16,842 bases of DNA from the NCBI GenBank assembly GCA_964534375.1, contig CAZHPN010000139.1:1-16842 (forward strand). The letters run 5' to 3'. Numbering within the stretch: position 1 is the stretch's first letter; each line of letters begins with the position of its first letter. A program made the translations under genes and the position numbers. This document shows positions 7,838-16,434 of the stretch, piece by piece. The notes below the pieces were generated by a model that did not search any database, had not been told where the DNA came from, and was given only the letters and a program-made list of their open reading frames with translations. The DNA comes from an uncultured bacterium (lineage in GTDB: Bacteria > Lernaellota > Lernaellaia > Lernaellales > Lernaellaceae).

Positions 7838-8500
7838 GTGGATCTGATTCATTGGGCGCTCGACATTTTTTTCCACATGGACAAGCACTTGGGCGAGTGG
7901 ATCAATTTGTACCAGAGTTGGGTTTATTTGATCCTTTTCGTGGTGATTTTTTGCGAGACCGGTCTGGTGGTGACGCCGTTTCTGCCGGGCGACTCGTTGC
8001 TGTTCGCGGCCGGTACGCTCGCGACGCTGCCGAATTCGCCGCTGTCGCCGGTCTGGCTCGCGGTCGTGCTTTCCGTTGCCGCGGTTCTCGGCGACGCGGT
8101 GAATTTTACGGCCGGCTATCGCATCGGCCCGGTCGTTTTCACGCGGGAAGATTCGTTCTGGCTGAACAAGAAGCACCTGTTGCAGGCGCAGACGTTCTAC
8201 GAGAAATACGGCGGCAAGACCATCATCCTGGCCCGGTTCATTCCGATTATTCGCACCTTCGCGCCGTTCGTCGCCGGCATCGGCAAAATGAAGTACCGGC
8301 GTTTTGCGTCGTTCAACGTCATCGGCGGCGTCGCCTGGGTGACCGCGTTCATCACGGCCGGTTATGAATTCGCCGGCACCGAAGTAGTCAAAAAGCATTT
8401 CCATTATGTGATCTTGGCGATCATCGTCATCTCCGTCATGCCGGCGGTGATCGAATATTTCCGCGAGTTGCGGAAAGCCAAGGCGGCGCCTGCCGCGTAA
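7838..8500 (+). CDS. dedA: DedA family (VTT domain) inner membrane protein
   Basis: FCETGLVVTPFLPGDSLLFAAG, GD..NF..G, FYEKYGGKTIILARFIPIIRTFAPFVAG. GTG start at 7838 after AGGAGG; 220 aa. Confidence 0.95.
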   Translation: MDLIHWALDIFFHMDKHLGEWINLYQSWVYLILFVVIFCETGLVVTPFLPGDSLLFAAGTLATLPNSPLSPVWLAVVLSVAAVLGDAVNFTAGYRIGPVVFTREDSFWLNKKHLLQAQTFYEKYGGKTIILARFIPIIRTFAPFVAGIGKMKYRRFASFNVIGGVAWVTAFITAGYEFAGTEVVKKHFHYVILAIIVISVMPAVIEYFRELRKAKAAPAA

Positions 8501-8530
8501 GCCCGCGCCGGCGGGGCCGGAGGCGGATAC

Positions 8531-10219
8531 ATGCCGTTCGTTTGGCCCAAGGCCGCGGCGCTCGTTTTCCCCGAGGCCGAGCAGGATCGCCTTTCGGCGC
8601 GCGGCGCGGGTGCGGTTGTGCTCGCCGCGTTCCTGCTGACGGCCGCCGGCCTAACGCTGCACCTCGCGTGGCGTCCGGATTTCAACAAGAACAGCGTCGA
8701 CGGCTTTTACTACGCGACGCTCGCCCAAAATCTGGCCGCGGGACGCGGCTACACGACCGGCGCGTTTCCGCAGACGCTTTATTATCCGCTCTACCCCATC
8801 GCCATCGCCGCCGTTTACCTCGCGATCGGCCGCGTGGAACTGGCGGCGCACCTGGTCAATGTCCTGGCGCTCGGCGTTTACGCTTTTTTCACGTACGCGC
8901 TGCTGCGGCGGATTTTTGCGCGTCGCGATCTGGCCGCTGCCGGCGTCGTGTTGTCCCTGGCGGCGCCCGACCTGCTATATCACAGTTCGCTGATGATCAC
9001 CGAGGCGCTTTTTTGCGCGCTCCTGTCCGCCGCGGCGTACACGGCGCTGGGCCTGGCCGAGCGGCCGGAAACGGAGAGCGGCCGCGCCCATTGGCTGCTG
9101 CTCGGCGCGCTGGGCGGGCTGTTGTATCTCACGCGGCCGGAGGCGATCGCCTACCTGGGCGCGATCGGCGCCTACCTGATCGCGCGCCGGCCCCGCTGGC
9201 GCGAGGCGGCGAACTGGGCCGTCGCGGCGGCGGCGTTTCTGATTTGCGTCTCGCCGTGGGTGATTTATCTGTCGCGCCTGAATCACACGTTCACGTTCTT
9301 CGGCAAGGCGGCGATCAATCTCGACATCGGCGCGATGCGCGGCGGCAATCGCGGAATCAACGTCGCCCACATCTTCAATGCCCCGGCCGCCGACGGCACG
9401 GGCGTGCGTCTGGAAGAGCCCGAGAAATTCGGGCGGCTGGCGACGGCGGCCGACAATTGGTTCGCCTACCCGCGGCATCTGGCCGAGCACTTGCGCCGGC
9501 TGGAACGGTTAGCCGGCTTTGCGGGCCTGCTCTTGCCGCTGGGCATTCTTTTTTTTCTGGTGCGTAGGCGCGGCTGGCAGTTGCTTTACCTCGCCGCGCT
9601 GGCCGCGGTTCAGTTGGCGATCCCGTTTTATTTCAGCGAGCCGCGGTTCGTCACGCAGGCGATTCCATTCGTGATCGCGGTCGAACTTGCCGGCGGGGTG
9701 CAACTGGCAGTCTGGCTGCTTTCGCGCGCGGGGCGCCCGGCGCTCGCGGCGGCGGCTGCGATCACGTTGACCGCGGCGCTGCTGGCCCCGATCGCGGCGC
9801 GGCATTACGGGTTTTACTTCGCGCGCGAGCCGGAATTCGAGCGGCAGCAACGCGAAATGCGCGCGCTTGCCGCCGATGCGGCGCAAGAGGGCGTCGATCT
9901 GCGCGGTCGCCAGGTCATCGCCTACCGCCCCTGGTTTGCCTTTTACACGGGCGCGGTTCATCGCGAAATGCCGAATTACGCCGCGCCCGACGAGCTGCCG
10001 CGCTATCTGGCCCGCAACCGCATTCCATTCTTGCTGTTGTCGCGCCTGGGCGACAACGACCTTTCGCTCGATTATCGGGCGATCGCCGCCGATCCGGCGG
10101 CTTTTGGGCTGCATCTCGTTGCGGCCCGGTCCGAATTTCTGCTGTTGCGCGCGCAAAATGACAATTCCGAACGCGAGCGCAGCCGAGGCGCCAAGGACGA
10201 CGCCGCGCCGTCGTCGTGA
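8531..10219 (+). CDS. ArnT/PMT-like (GT-C, GT39/83-like) polytopic glycosyltransferase
   Basis: First loop DGFYYATLAQNLAAGRGY...YYPLYP, ITEALF, YLTRPE, SPW, EPRF; many TM segments; soluble C-terminal domain; GGAGG RBS. Confidence 0.8.
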   Translation: MPFVWPKAAALVFPEAEQDRLSARGAGAVVLAAFLLTAAGLTLHLAWRPDFNKNSVDGFYYATLAQNLAAGRGYTTGAFPQTLYYPLYPIAIAAVYLAIGRVELAAHLVNVLALGVYAFFTYALLRRIFARRDLAAAGVVLSLAAPDLLYHSSLMITEALFCALLSAAAYTALGLAERPETESGRAHWLLLGALGGLLYLTRPEAIAYLGAIGAYLIARRPRWREAANWAVAAAAFLICVSPWVIYLSRLNHTFTFFGKAAINLDIGAMRGGNRGINVAHIFNAPAADGTGVRLEEPEKFGRLATAADNWFAYPRHLAEHLRRLERLAGFAGLLLPLGILFFLVRRRGWQLLYLAALAAVQLAIPFYFSEPRFVTQAIPFVIAVELAGGVQLAVWLLSRAGRPALAAAAAITLTAALLAPIAARHYGFYFAREPEFERQQREMRALAADAAQEGVDLRGRQVIAYRPWFAFYTGAVHREMPNYAAPDELPRYLARNRIPFLLLSRLGDNDLSLDYRAIAADPAAFGLHLVAARSEFLLLRAQNDNSERERSRGAKDDAAPSS

Positions 10220-11370
10220 GCGTCCGTCCATCCACGCGGGCTTCCGCGCGTCACCGGTTCGAAGAGCGAAATGAGGCCCATTTGGCGCAGGTCCGCGGCA
10301 AGTCTCGCGGCAACTACGCGTATTGCCTGCGCCGAAGGATGCGGATCGGTCAGCGAGTCGATGGTCGCCCAGTTGCTGAAGGCCGAAAAAAGGTGGGAAT
10401 AATCGAGGCAGCGGATCCCGGCTTTTTCCAACGCTGGGATGATCATTCCCGCATCGCGTCCGGACCCCGGATAGAAAACCGTCACAAATGAAGGCGACCC
10501 GAAACGAGATCGAAATGTCCGGGCGGATTCAATAATTAGCTGTGCGGTCAACTCCCTGCAGTTGCCCCACATGGTGCAATTGGCGGGGCGGACGCGTTCG
10601 ACCGCGTTGGCGGCCAGGGCGACGGTTCCTGCGGCGGTCAGAAAATAAAAGGGCAGTTGCCGGTCTTTCAGTCGGCGTGCGTCCGCGACGCGGCGGGAGT
10701 GGTCGGGAATAAAGACGTAAACGAGAACCCCGTCTCGCCCGCTGACTTCGGTCGAAAAATCATGAGTGTTGAGCGAGTACAGCATGTCGGACGGGCAATC
10801 GCCGCACTTGGCGTAATTATAGGCCTGACAATTCGGCGCGATTTTCTCGAATTGCGCGGGCAGCGTGTCTTCGTCGGCAAGTCCGTATCCGAAAACAAAC
10901 GAGCAGCCGAAGAAAAGAACGAAACGGGTGGAGGCGTCTTTGGACGGCGAGGGCGGCGTGAACCGACGGTCGAATTCGTCCATACCGTTAAGTACGTCGA
11001 ATATTGTTCTTCCAGAAAGGTGTTTTTTCCCCACGCAGTGAAAAATCTTCCGTGGAACGTGCTCGTGGCTCTGAGCGTACGCGGCCCGCTGGCTACGATC
11101 CGCGATCACGTTTTTCACTTGCAAGGATCCGACCTTGTCGGCGATGACCACGAGGGAGATCACGACCCCGATCGTGGTTCCGAAAAGCATCGCCAAGAAT
11201 TTCTTCAGCCTGGATCTCGGCTGGAGGAAAAAAATGTACAAGAGCCCGTCGATGAGGCTGTTAATCGCCGCGTTCTTCAAGGCGTTCACCCAGCCGGCGC
11301 TTCGATCGGCGCCGATGTCAAACGATGCGTCGGACAGAATAAGGGGCGGCGGCAACCGGCGCAACAGCAC
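10072..11370 (-). CDS. Membrane-anchored SGNH/GDSL-like hydrolase domain protein (start and end uncertain)
   Basis: TM KKFLAMLFGTTIGVVISLVVIA; block I FFGCSFVFGYG (10900-10908); YNYAKCG; block V-like DPHPS (10336-10347). Start could be GTG 11370 or ATG 11190. The 3' end overlaps the GT gene. Confidence 0.65.
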   Translation of the reverse strand: MLLRRLPPPLILSDASFDIGADRSAGWVNALKNAAINSLIDGLLYIFFLQPRSRLKKFLAMLFGTTIGVVISLVVIADKVGSLQVKNVIADRSQRAAYAQSHEHVPRKIFHCVGKKHLSGRTIFDVLNGMDEFDRRFTPPSPSKDASTRFVLFFGCSFVFGYGLADEDTLPAQFEKIAPNCQAYNYAKCGDCPSDMLYSLNTHDFSTEVSGRDGVLVYVFIPDHSRRVADARRLKDRQLPFYFLTAAGTVALAANAVERVRPANCTMWGNCRELTAQLIIESARTFRSRFGSPSFVTVFYPGSGRDAGMIIPALEKAGIRCLDYSHLFSAFSNWATIDSLTDPHPSAQAIRVVAARLAADLRQMGLISLFEPVTRGSPRGWTDAHDDGAASSLAPRLRSRSELSFCARNSRNSDRAATRCSPKAAGSAAIAR

Positions 11371-11525
11371 ACTTCACTCGTGGAATTGAATGGTGTATCC
11401 GGACTTCTCGACGGACTCGTGCGGCGAATTTTGAGCATGCGGCAGCCGCCCGCGGCGCCGCGAAACTCTGCCCGCGGAGCGGGCAGGCGCTCGATCGCCG
11501 GAATTGCGCGGGTGGGCTTCTCGCC

Positions 11526-11555
11526 TTGACGGACAAAAAAAAGCAGCCGCATAAT
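11526..11555 (+). promoter_or_regulatory. Putative sigma70 promoter with an A8 tract in the spacer
   Basis: TTGACG (11526-11531), 18 bp including A8 (11535-11542), CATAAT (11550-11555); 67 bp upstream of ATG 11623. Confidence 0.6.
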
Positions 11556-11622
11556 GCCGGGGTCTGGGTGATCGTCCCGCCTTCTTATTCCGTGAGAGGC
11601 GTGGTCGCAAGATGGAGGCGTC

Positions 11623-14600
11623 ATGGCCGAAAAACAAAGCCTTTCTTTTACGCCGGACCAGGTCTTCGCCAAGGCCAAAACGGGCGAACTGGAAGGCGGA
11701 AATCTCGGCAACATCAAGCTGCCGAAAGCCGACCTCAGCGGCGCTAAATTGCGCAAGATCGTCGCCGCCGGAGCGAATCTGCGCAAAGCCAATCTTTCGG
11801 GCGCGGATCTTTCCGGCGCCGACCTCGCCGACGCCGATCTGCGCGAAGCCAACCTAACCGGCGCCGACCTCACGGGCGCGGACCTCGGCCAAGTGAAAGC
11901 GAAAGAGGCCGACTTCACCGGCGCCAAGCTCGTGGGCGCGAAGGCGATTCAAGGCGATTTTGGCAAGGCGACGTTCAAAAACGCGGATCTGACCGGCGCC
12001 GACCTGTCCAAAGCCGTCTTTTACAAAGGCCGGATCGAAGACACGAAGCTGACCGGGGCGCAGATGCCCGAGGTCGAGGCCGCCGACGCGGATCTGCTCG
12101 GCGTCGACCTGACTGGGGCCGACCTGCGCGATGCGATCTTCCAGGAATGCCGCATCGAGCGCGTGCAGGCAACGGGCCTGACCGCGCACGGCGCGGATTT
12201 TTCCCTCGCCGAGATCCGCGGCGTCGATTTCTCGCGGGCCGCGCTGCCCAAGGCGCAGTTTTTCGGCGCGGTTCTGGAACACGTGAATTTCGCCGGCGCC
12301 GACCTCGCCGGCGCCGTGTTCAATGGCTCCGAACATAACGAAGTCACGTTCGCCGGCGCGGATCTGAAGAAAGCGTCGCTCAAATCGGTCTACGGCTACA
12401 CGGAAGACGCGCTGCGGGTTTACCAGTCGCAGGGCGCGATTATCGACCTGTTCCTGTTCCGCCGCTTTCTGCGGCTGGTGCGGCGCAGCCTCGTCGCGAA
12501 GATCGTGTTGTTGGCCGCCGTGGCGGCGCTCGCCGGCAGCAGTTATCGCTATTTCGCCGACCCGTACCACTGGTCGTACGACGTCCTGCAAAAACGAGCG
12601 GAAAAACTGATTCACCAAGGGGATTTCGACAAAGGCATCCAACTCTATCGCGTCATCACGCAAAAATACAGTTCCGATCCGAATCGAGTCGCGACCGCCA
12701 AAACCTCGATCGCCGGCGCGTACGCGCAGCAGCGGAATTTTGATAAGGCGCTGGAGTTGTATCAGGATGTCGCCGCGACCTACGACGGCAATCCCGAGGC
12801 CGTGTTTGCGCTCGACGCCATGGCCCGCCTCTACGGCGACATGGGCGACGCCGAGAAAGCCGCCGCGATTTTTGAGAAAATCCGGCAAACCGAGGTCGAT
12901 AATCCCGACGCCGAAGCGAACGCCGAGTTCGGCCTCGCCGATTTGTTGCGCAAGGCCGGCAAACAGGAAGAAGCGCTGGCCAAATATCTTGCCGTGTTCG
13001 ACAAGTTTCAGTCCGAAGTGAACATCGGCAATCGGGCGCTCAGCGAGGCGGTGGCCGTCATGTGCGAACTCGACCGCCTCGACGACGCCGAAAAAACGCT
13101 GGCGCGACTGAAGGAATATGACAGCGGGTCGTCCAACGCCTGGCAGCGCATCAATGCGGAAACCGCGATTGCCCACGTTTTCGCGAAGCGCGGCGAGTTC
13201 GCTCAGGCGGAGAAGCGGTTCCGGGCCATCTACGACAGTTACAAGGATTTGATGCAATCCGGCGGGGCCGGCTTCAGTCTGGTGGAACTCGAAATGTCCC
13301 AGGGAAAGTACAAGGAAGCCGAGGCGCAAATCGCGGACATGCTCAAACGCGCCAATACCGAAGAGTTGCGGGACGAATTGCTGTATCGGCAGGCCCGACT
13401 CTACGAACAAATGGGACAGCCGGAAAAAGCGGTCGCCTTGTTGACGACGGAACTTCCGAAGATCAAAGACCACGCGAAATATTTCGACGCCGCCAGTCTG
13501 CTGTTGGAATTGTACGCCGCCAAAGGCGACGTGGCCCTGGCCGAGGGCGTCTACAACGGTTGCGCGAAGAAATTCGCCGACGACGCGGACCGCACGACCG
13601 GCTTGCGGCTGGCAATGGCTCGGATTTACGGCGCCCGGGGCCTGCCGGAAAAGGCGCGGGCGATTTACGCGGACGTGATCGCCCATTCGTCGAACCGCGA
13701 ACTCGTGGCCACGGCCAAATCCGATTTGGCGGGCGAACTGCGGCGCGGCGGCGCGAACGAAAAAGCCGAGCAGATCTATCGCGAGTTGTACGCCGAGGTC
13801 GGCGACAGCTCGCGGGCCTTCGGCGCCGGCATGTCGCTGGTCGACTACTACACCGAAAATCAACAGTTCCCCGCGGCTCAGAAACTGTTGGCGGACATGG
13901 AGACGCGGTGGCGAAACAAGGCCCGGGAGCACGGCGACATCCAAATGCGGACGGTGCGCGTTCTGCAACAACTGGGCCAAATCGATGTCGCGATCGCCCG
14001 ATTGAAGGCGCTGCTGCCGGAGTTGGAAGATCCGCAAAAACAATTCGAGGCCCAGAACCAGTTTCTCGATCTCTACCGGGTGACCGATAACCTCCCCGCG
14101 GCCGAGGAAGTATTCGGCGTCATTCAGCAGCGCTTCGGCCAGGACCTCGGGAAAATCGCCCGCGCCAAAGCGCTGATGGCGCAATTCTATGCGAACAAGG
14201 GATTGAACGAAAAAGCCGAGGCGTTGTACCGCGATATTCTCACGCAATCGGTCAGCGGCGACGCCGCCCTCCAGGCCAAGTTGGATCTGGCGAGCCAGTA
14301 CCGGCGGGCCAAGGCGATCGACAAAGCGGAAAAACTGTATCGGGAACTGCTCGCCGGCTCCGTCGACACCTGGCAGGCGTTCCAGGGCGGCATCGCCCTC
14401 GCCGACATGTTCGCGGAGGAAAATTCCTTCGACGCCTCGGAAAAAGTCTTGGCGGAGATGAGCAAGAAATGGGAAGCGAAAGATTCGGAACGCTCGGAAA
14501 TCATTCTCCATCAGGCCCGCTTGCTGCAGCGCCTCAATCGGCTGGATGAAGCAGCCGCGTTGCTGAAGAAAGAACTCCCGACGTTCAGCGATCCGCACAA

Positions 14601-16428
14601 GGCAATGGACGGCAATTTCCTGCTGATCGATCTGTGCGGCGCCGCCGGCGACCTGAAAGGCGCCGAGGAGAACGTCAAGAACGTCTTGAAATCCGTCGCC
14701 GGCGATCCGGATCGCACGGCGCAGGCCAAATGCATCCTCGGCCAAACCTACACGCGACAGGGACAAGACGACAAGGCGGAAGCCATTTTCCGCGAAGTTT
14801 TCACGCAATATCCCAATTCCACGGTGGCGATTCAGGCCAAAGCCGACTATGCCGGCGTGTTGCGTCGCAAAGGGGAAACGGCGAAAGCGGAACTGATCTA
14901 TCGCGAGTTGGCCGCCAACCCCGCTGAAAACTGGCAGGTGTTCGCGGCGACCACCACCCTCGCCGACATTTATGCCGATGAGGGGAAGGCGGCGGAGGCC
15001 GACAAACTGCTGGACGACATGCTCAAGCGCTGGACCAACAAGGACCAACGAACCGAGATCGTCGTGCACCGGGCGCGCATGTACCAGAAACTGAACCGTC
15101 TCGACGACGCCCTCGCCTTGTTGCGTAGCGAGACCGGCAAGACGGCCGATCCCAGCCGGCTGACGGAAATGAATTTCCTGATCATGGAACTGTATGCGGC
15201 CAAAGGCGATCTGCACGCGGCGGAAGACGCCTTCAGTCAACTCGCCAAGTCGTTGGGCGGCCAGTCCGAGCAGATCGCCAACGCCAAGATGTCGCTGGCC
15301 CAGATGTATGTCAACCAAGGCCACGGCGAACGCGCCGCCGGTCTATATCAGGAGATCATCGCGAAATATCCCGACCTGAACATCGCCTTGCAGGCCAAGC
15401 TGAATCTTGCCAACGAGATGCACCGCGAAGGAAATGCCGCGCAGACGGAGAAACTGCTGCGGGAATTGCAAAACGACAAGAAAGAATCGTGGGAATCCTT
15501 CAATGCGGGGCTCGGTCTCGCCGACCTCCTCTCCGACCAGCAAAAATTCGACGAAGCGGACGCGTTGCTTTCCGAGATGCTGAAGAAATATGCCGCCAAA
15601 CCCGTCGAACGGGCGGATGTCATCATGCGGCGGGCGGCGCTGCTGCAACGGCAGCAAAAACCGGACGTGGCGGCGGCCTTGCTCACCGAACAGTTGCCGA
15701 AAATCACCGATCACGTCCGCCGGTTTGAAGCGTACCGGATGATGCTCGAACTGGACCGGACGATGGACAACCTGGCGGCCATGGAGGCGTTGCAGCCGAC
15801 TATCGCCAAGGAATTCGCGGGCGACGCCGAACGCTTCCCGGCGATCCAGATCATCTTCGGGCAGATGTACGCGGCCAAAGGCATGAACGACAAAGCCATT
15901 GCGCTGCTCCAGGAAATCGCCGCAAAAAACGGCCGCAGCGACGCCGGGTTCTCGGCGCGTCTGGAACTGGCCAATCTGCGCCGGCGCACGGGCGAGGTGG
16001 CGAAGGCCGAGCAGGGGTTCCGCGAAATGCTGGACGAGCCCGGCCTGCCGTGGCAGGCGTTTAACGCCGGGATGTCGTGCATCGACATGCTCGACGAGCA
16101 GGCCCGGCTGGCGGATGAAGACAAACTGCTCGCGAAAATGCGCAAGATGTGGACCAGCCCGGGCAACGAGCGGGCCGAAATCATCATTCGGCAGGCCCGC
16201 CTGTTGCGCAAATTGAAAAAAACCACGGAGGCCGCCGCGCTGCTCGAGGGCGAGACGGGGGGGGTCGGCGACCCCGGGAAAAAATTCGATGCCCTCATTT
16301 GTTTGCTCGAAATCTACAAGACCGCCGGCGACATGAAGAAAGCTGAGGGGGTTTTTCACCGGATCGAACAGACGTTCCCTGACGACGCCGGCCGGCTGCA
16401 GCAGGCGAAGGAGACGTTGAAGAGGTAG
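11623..16428 (+). CDS. Giant bitopic protein: pentapeptide repeats + single TM + long TPR-like solenoid
   Basis: GGAGG RBS. aa ~25-255 are A(D/N)LxG-type pentapeptides. Basic patch FRRFLRLVRR then TM LVAKIVLLAAVAALAG (from aa ~290). About 1280 aa of ~37-aa TPR-like helical repeats follow. Confidence 0.9.
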   Translation: MAEKQSLSFTPDQVFAKAKTGELEGGNLGNIKLPKADLSGAKLRKIVAAGANLRKANLSGADLSGADLADADLREANLTGADLTGADLGQVKAKEADFTGAKLVGAKAIQGDFGKATFKNADLTGADLSKAVFYKGRIEDTKLTGAQMPEVEAADADLLGVDLTGADLRDAIFQECRIERVQATGLTAHGADFSLAEIRGVDFSRAALPKAQFFGAVLEHVNFAGADLAGAVFNGSEHNEVTFAGADLKKASLKSVYGYTEDALRVYQSQGAIIDLFLFRRFLRLVRRSLVAKIVLLAAVAALAGSSYRYFADPYHWSYDVLQKRAEKLIHQGDFDKGIQLYRVITQKYSSDPNRVATAKTSIAGAYAQQRNFDKALELYQDVAATYDGNPEAVFALDAMARLYGDMGDAEKAAAIFEKIRQTEVDNPDAEANAEFGLADLLRKAGKQEEALAKYLAVFDKFQSEVNIGNRALSEAVAVMCELDRLDDAEKTLARLKEYDSGSSNAWQRINAETAIAHVFAKRGEFAQAEKRFRAIYDSYKDLMQSGGAGFSLVELEMSQGKYKEAEAQIADMLKRANTEELRDELLYRQARLYEQMGQPEKAVALLTTELPKIKDHAKYFDAASLLLELYAAKGDVALAEGVYNGCAKKFADDADRTTGLRLAMARIYGARGLPEKARAIYADVIAHSSNRELVATAKSDLAGELRRGGANEKAEQIYRELYAEVGDSSRAFGAGMSLVDYYTENQQFPAAQKLLADMETRWRNKAREHGDIQMRTVRVLQQLGQIDVAIARLKALLPELEDPQKQFEAQNQFLDLYRVTDNLPAAEEVFGVIQQRFGQDLGKIARAKALMAQFYANKGLNEKAEALYRDILTQSVSGDAALQAKLDLASQYRRAKAIDKAEKLYRELLAGSVDTWQAFQGGIALADMFAEENSFDASEKVLAEMSKKWEAKDSERSEIILHQARLLQRLNRLDEAAALLKKELPTFSDPHKAMDGNFLLIDLCGAAGDLKGAEENVKNVLKSVAGDPDRTAQAKCILGQTYTRQGQDDKAEAIFREVFTQYPNSTVAIQAKADYAGVLRRKGETAKAELIYRELAANPAENWQVFAATTTLADIYADEGKAAEADKLLDDMLKRWTNKDQRTEIVVHRARMYQKLNRLDDALALLRSETGKTADPSRLTEMNFLIMELYAAKGDLHAAEDAFSQLAKSLGGQSEQIANAKMSLAQMYVNQGHGERAAGLYQEIIAKYPDLNIALQAKLNLANEMHREGNAAQTEKLLRELQNDKKESWESFNAGLGLADLLSDQQKFDEADALLSEMLKKYAAKPVERADVIMRRAALLQRQQKPDVAAALLTEQLPKITDHVRRFEAYRMMLELDRTMDNLAAMEALQPTIAKEFAGDAERFPAIQIIFGQMYAAKGMNDKAIALLQEIAAKNGRSDAGFSARLELANLRRRTGEVAKAEQGFREMLDEPGLPWQAFNAGMSCIDMLDEQARLADEDKLLAKMRKMWTSPGNERAEIIIRQARLLRKLKKTTEAAALLEGETGGVGDPGKKFDALICLLEIYKTAGDMKKAEGVFHRIEQTFPDDAGRLQQAKETLKR
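13273..16425 (+). repeat. Protein-level super-repeats of 186-187 aa (5 full + 1 partial)
   Basis: Units start at 13273 (FSLVEL), 13831 (MSLVDY), 14392 (IALADM), 14953 (TTLADI), 15511 (LGLADL), 16072 (MSCIDM). Spacings 558/561/561/558/561 bp. Full units end with RE(L/M)...F.(A/G)(G/T). Confidence 0.9.
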
Positions 16429-16434
16429 ACAGAA

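Noticed and set aside
9549..9556. T8 run inside the glycosyltransferase as a phase-variation site
   Set aside because: In frame and explained by Leu-Phe-Phe codons in a TM helix; too short to support without read data.
11468..11486. 8-bp GC hairpin ctgcccgc-gga-gcgggcag
   Set aside because: Lies between divergent genes, has no U-tract, and such stems arise readily in GC-rich DNA.
11695..12390. Calling the pentapeptide domain Qnr/MfpA, or its 15-bp periodic DNA a CRISPR array
   Set aside because: Generic ADLxG coding repeats fused to a TM protein; no repeat-spacer structure and no cas genes.
11854..15324. 1156-aa antisense ORF (and 15343..16359)
   Set aside because: Codon-register mirror of the TPR gene, expected from high GC3 codon bias; no domain signal.
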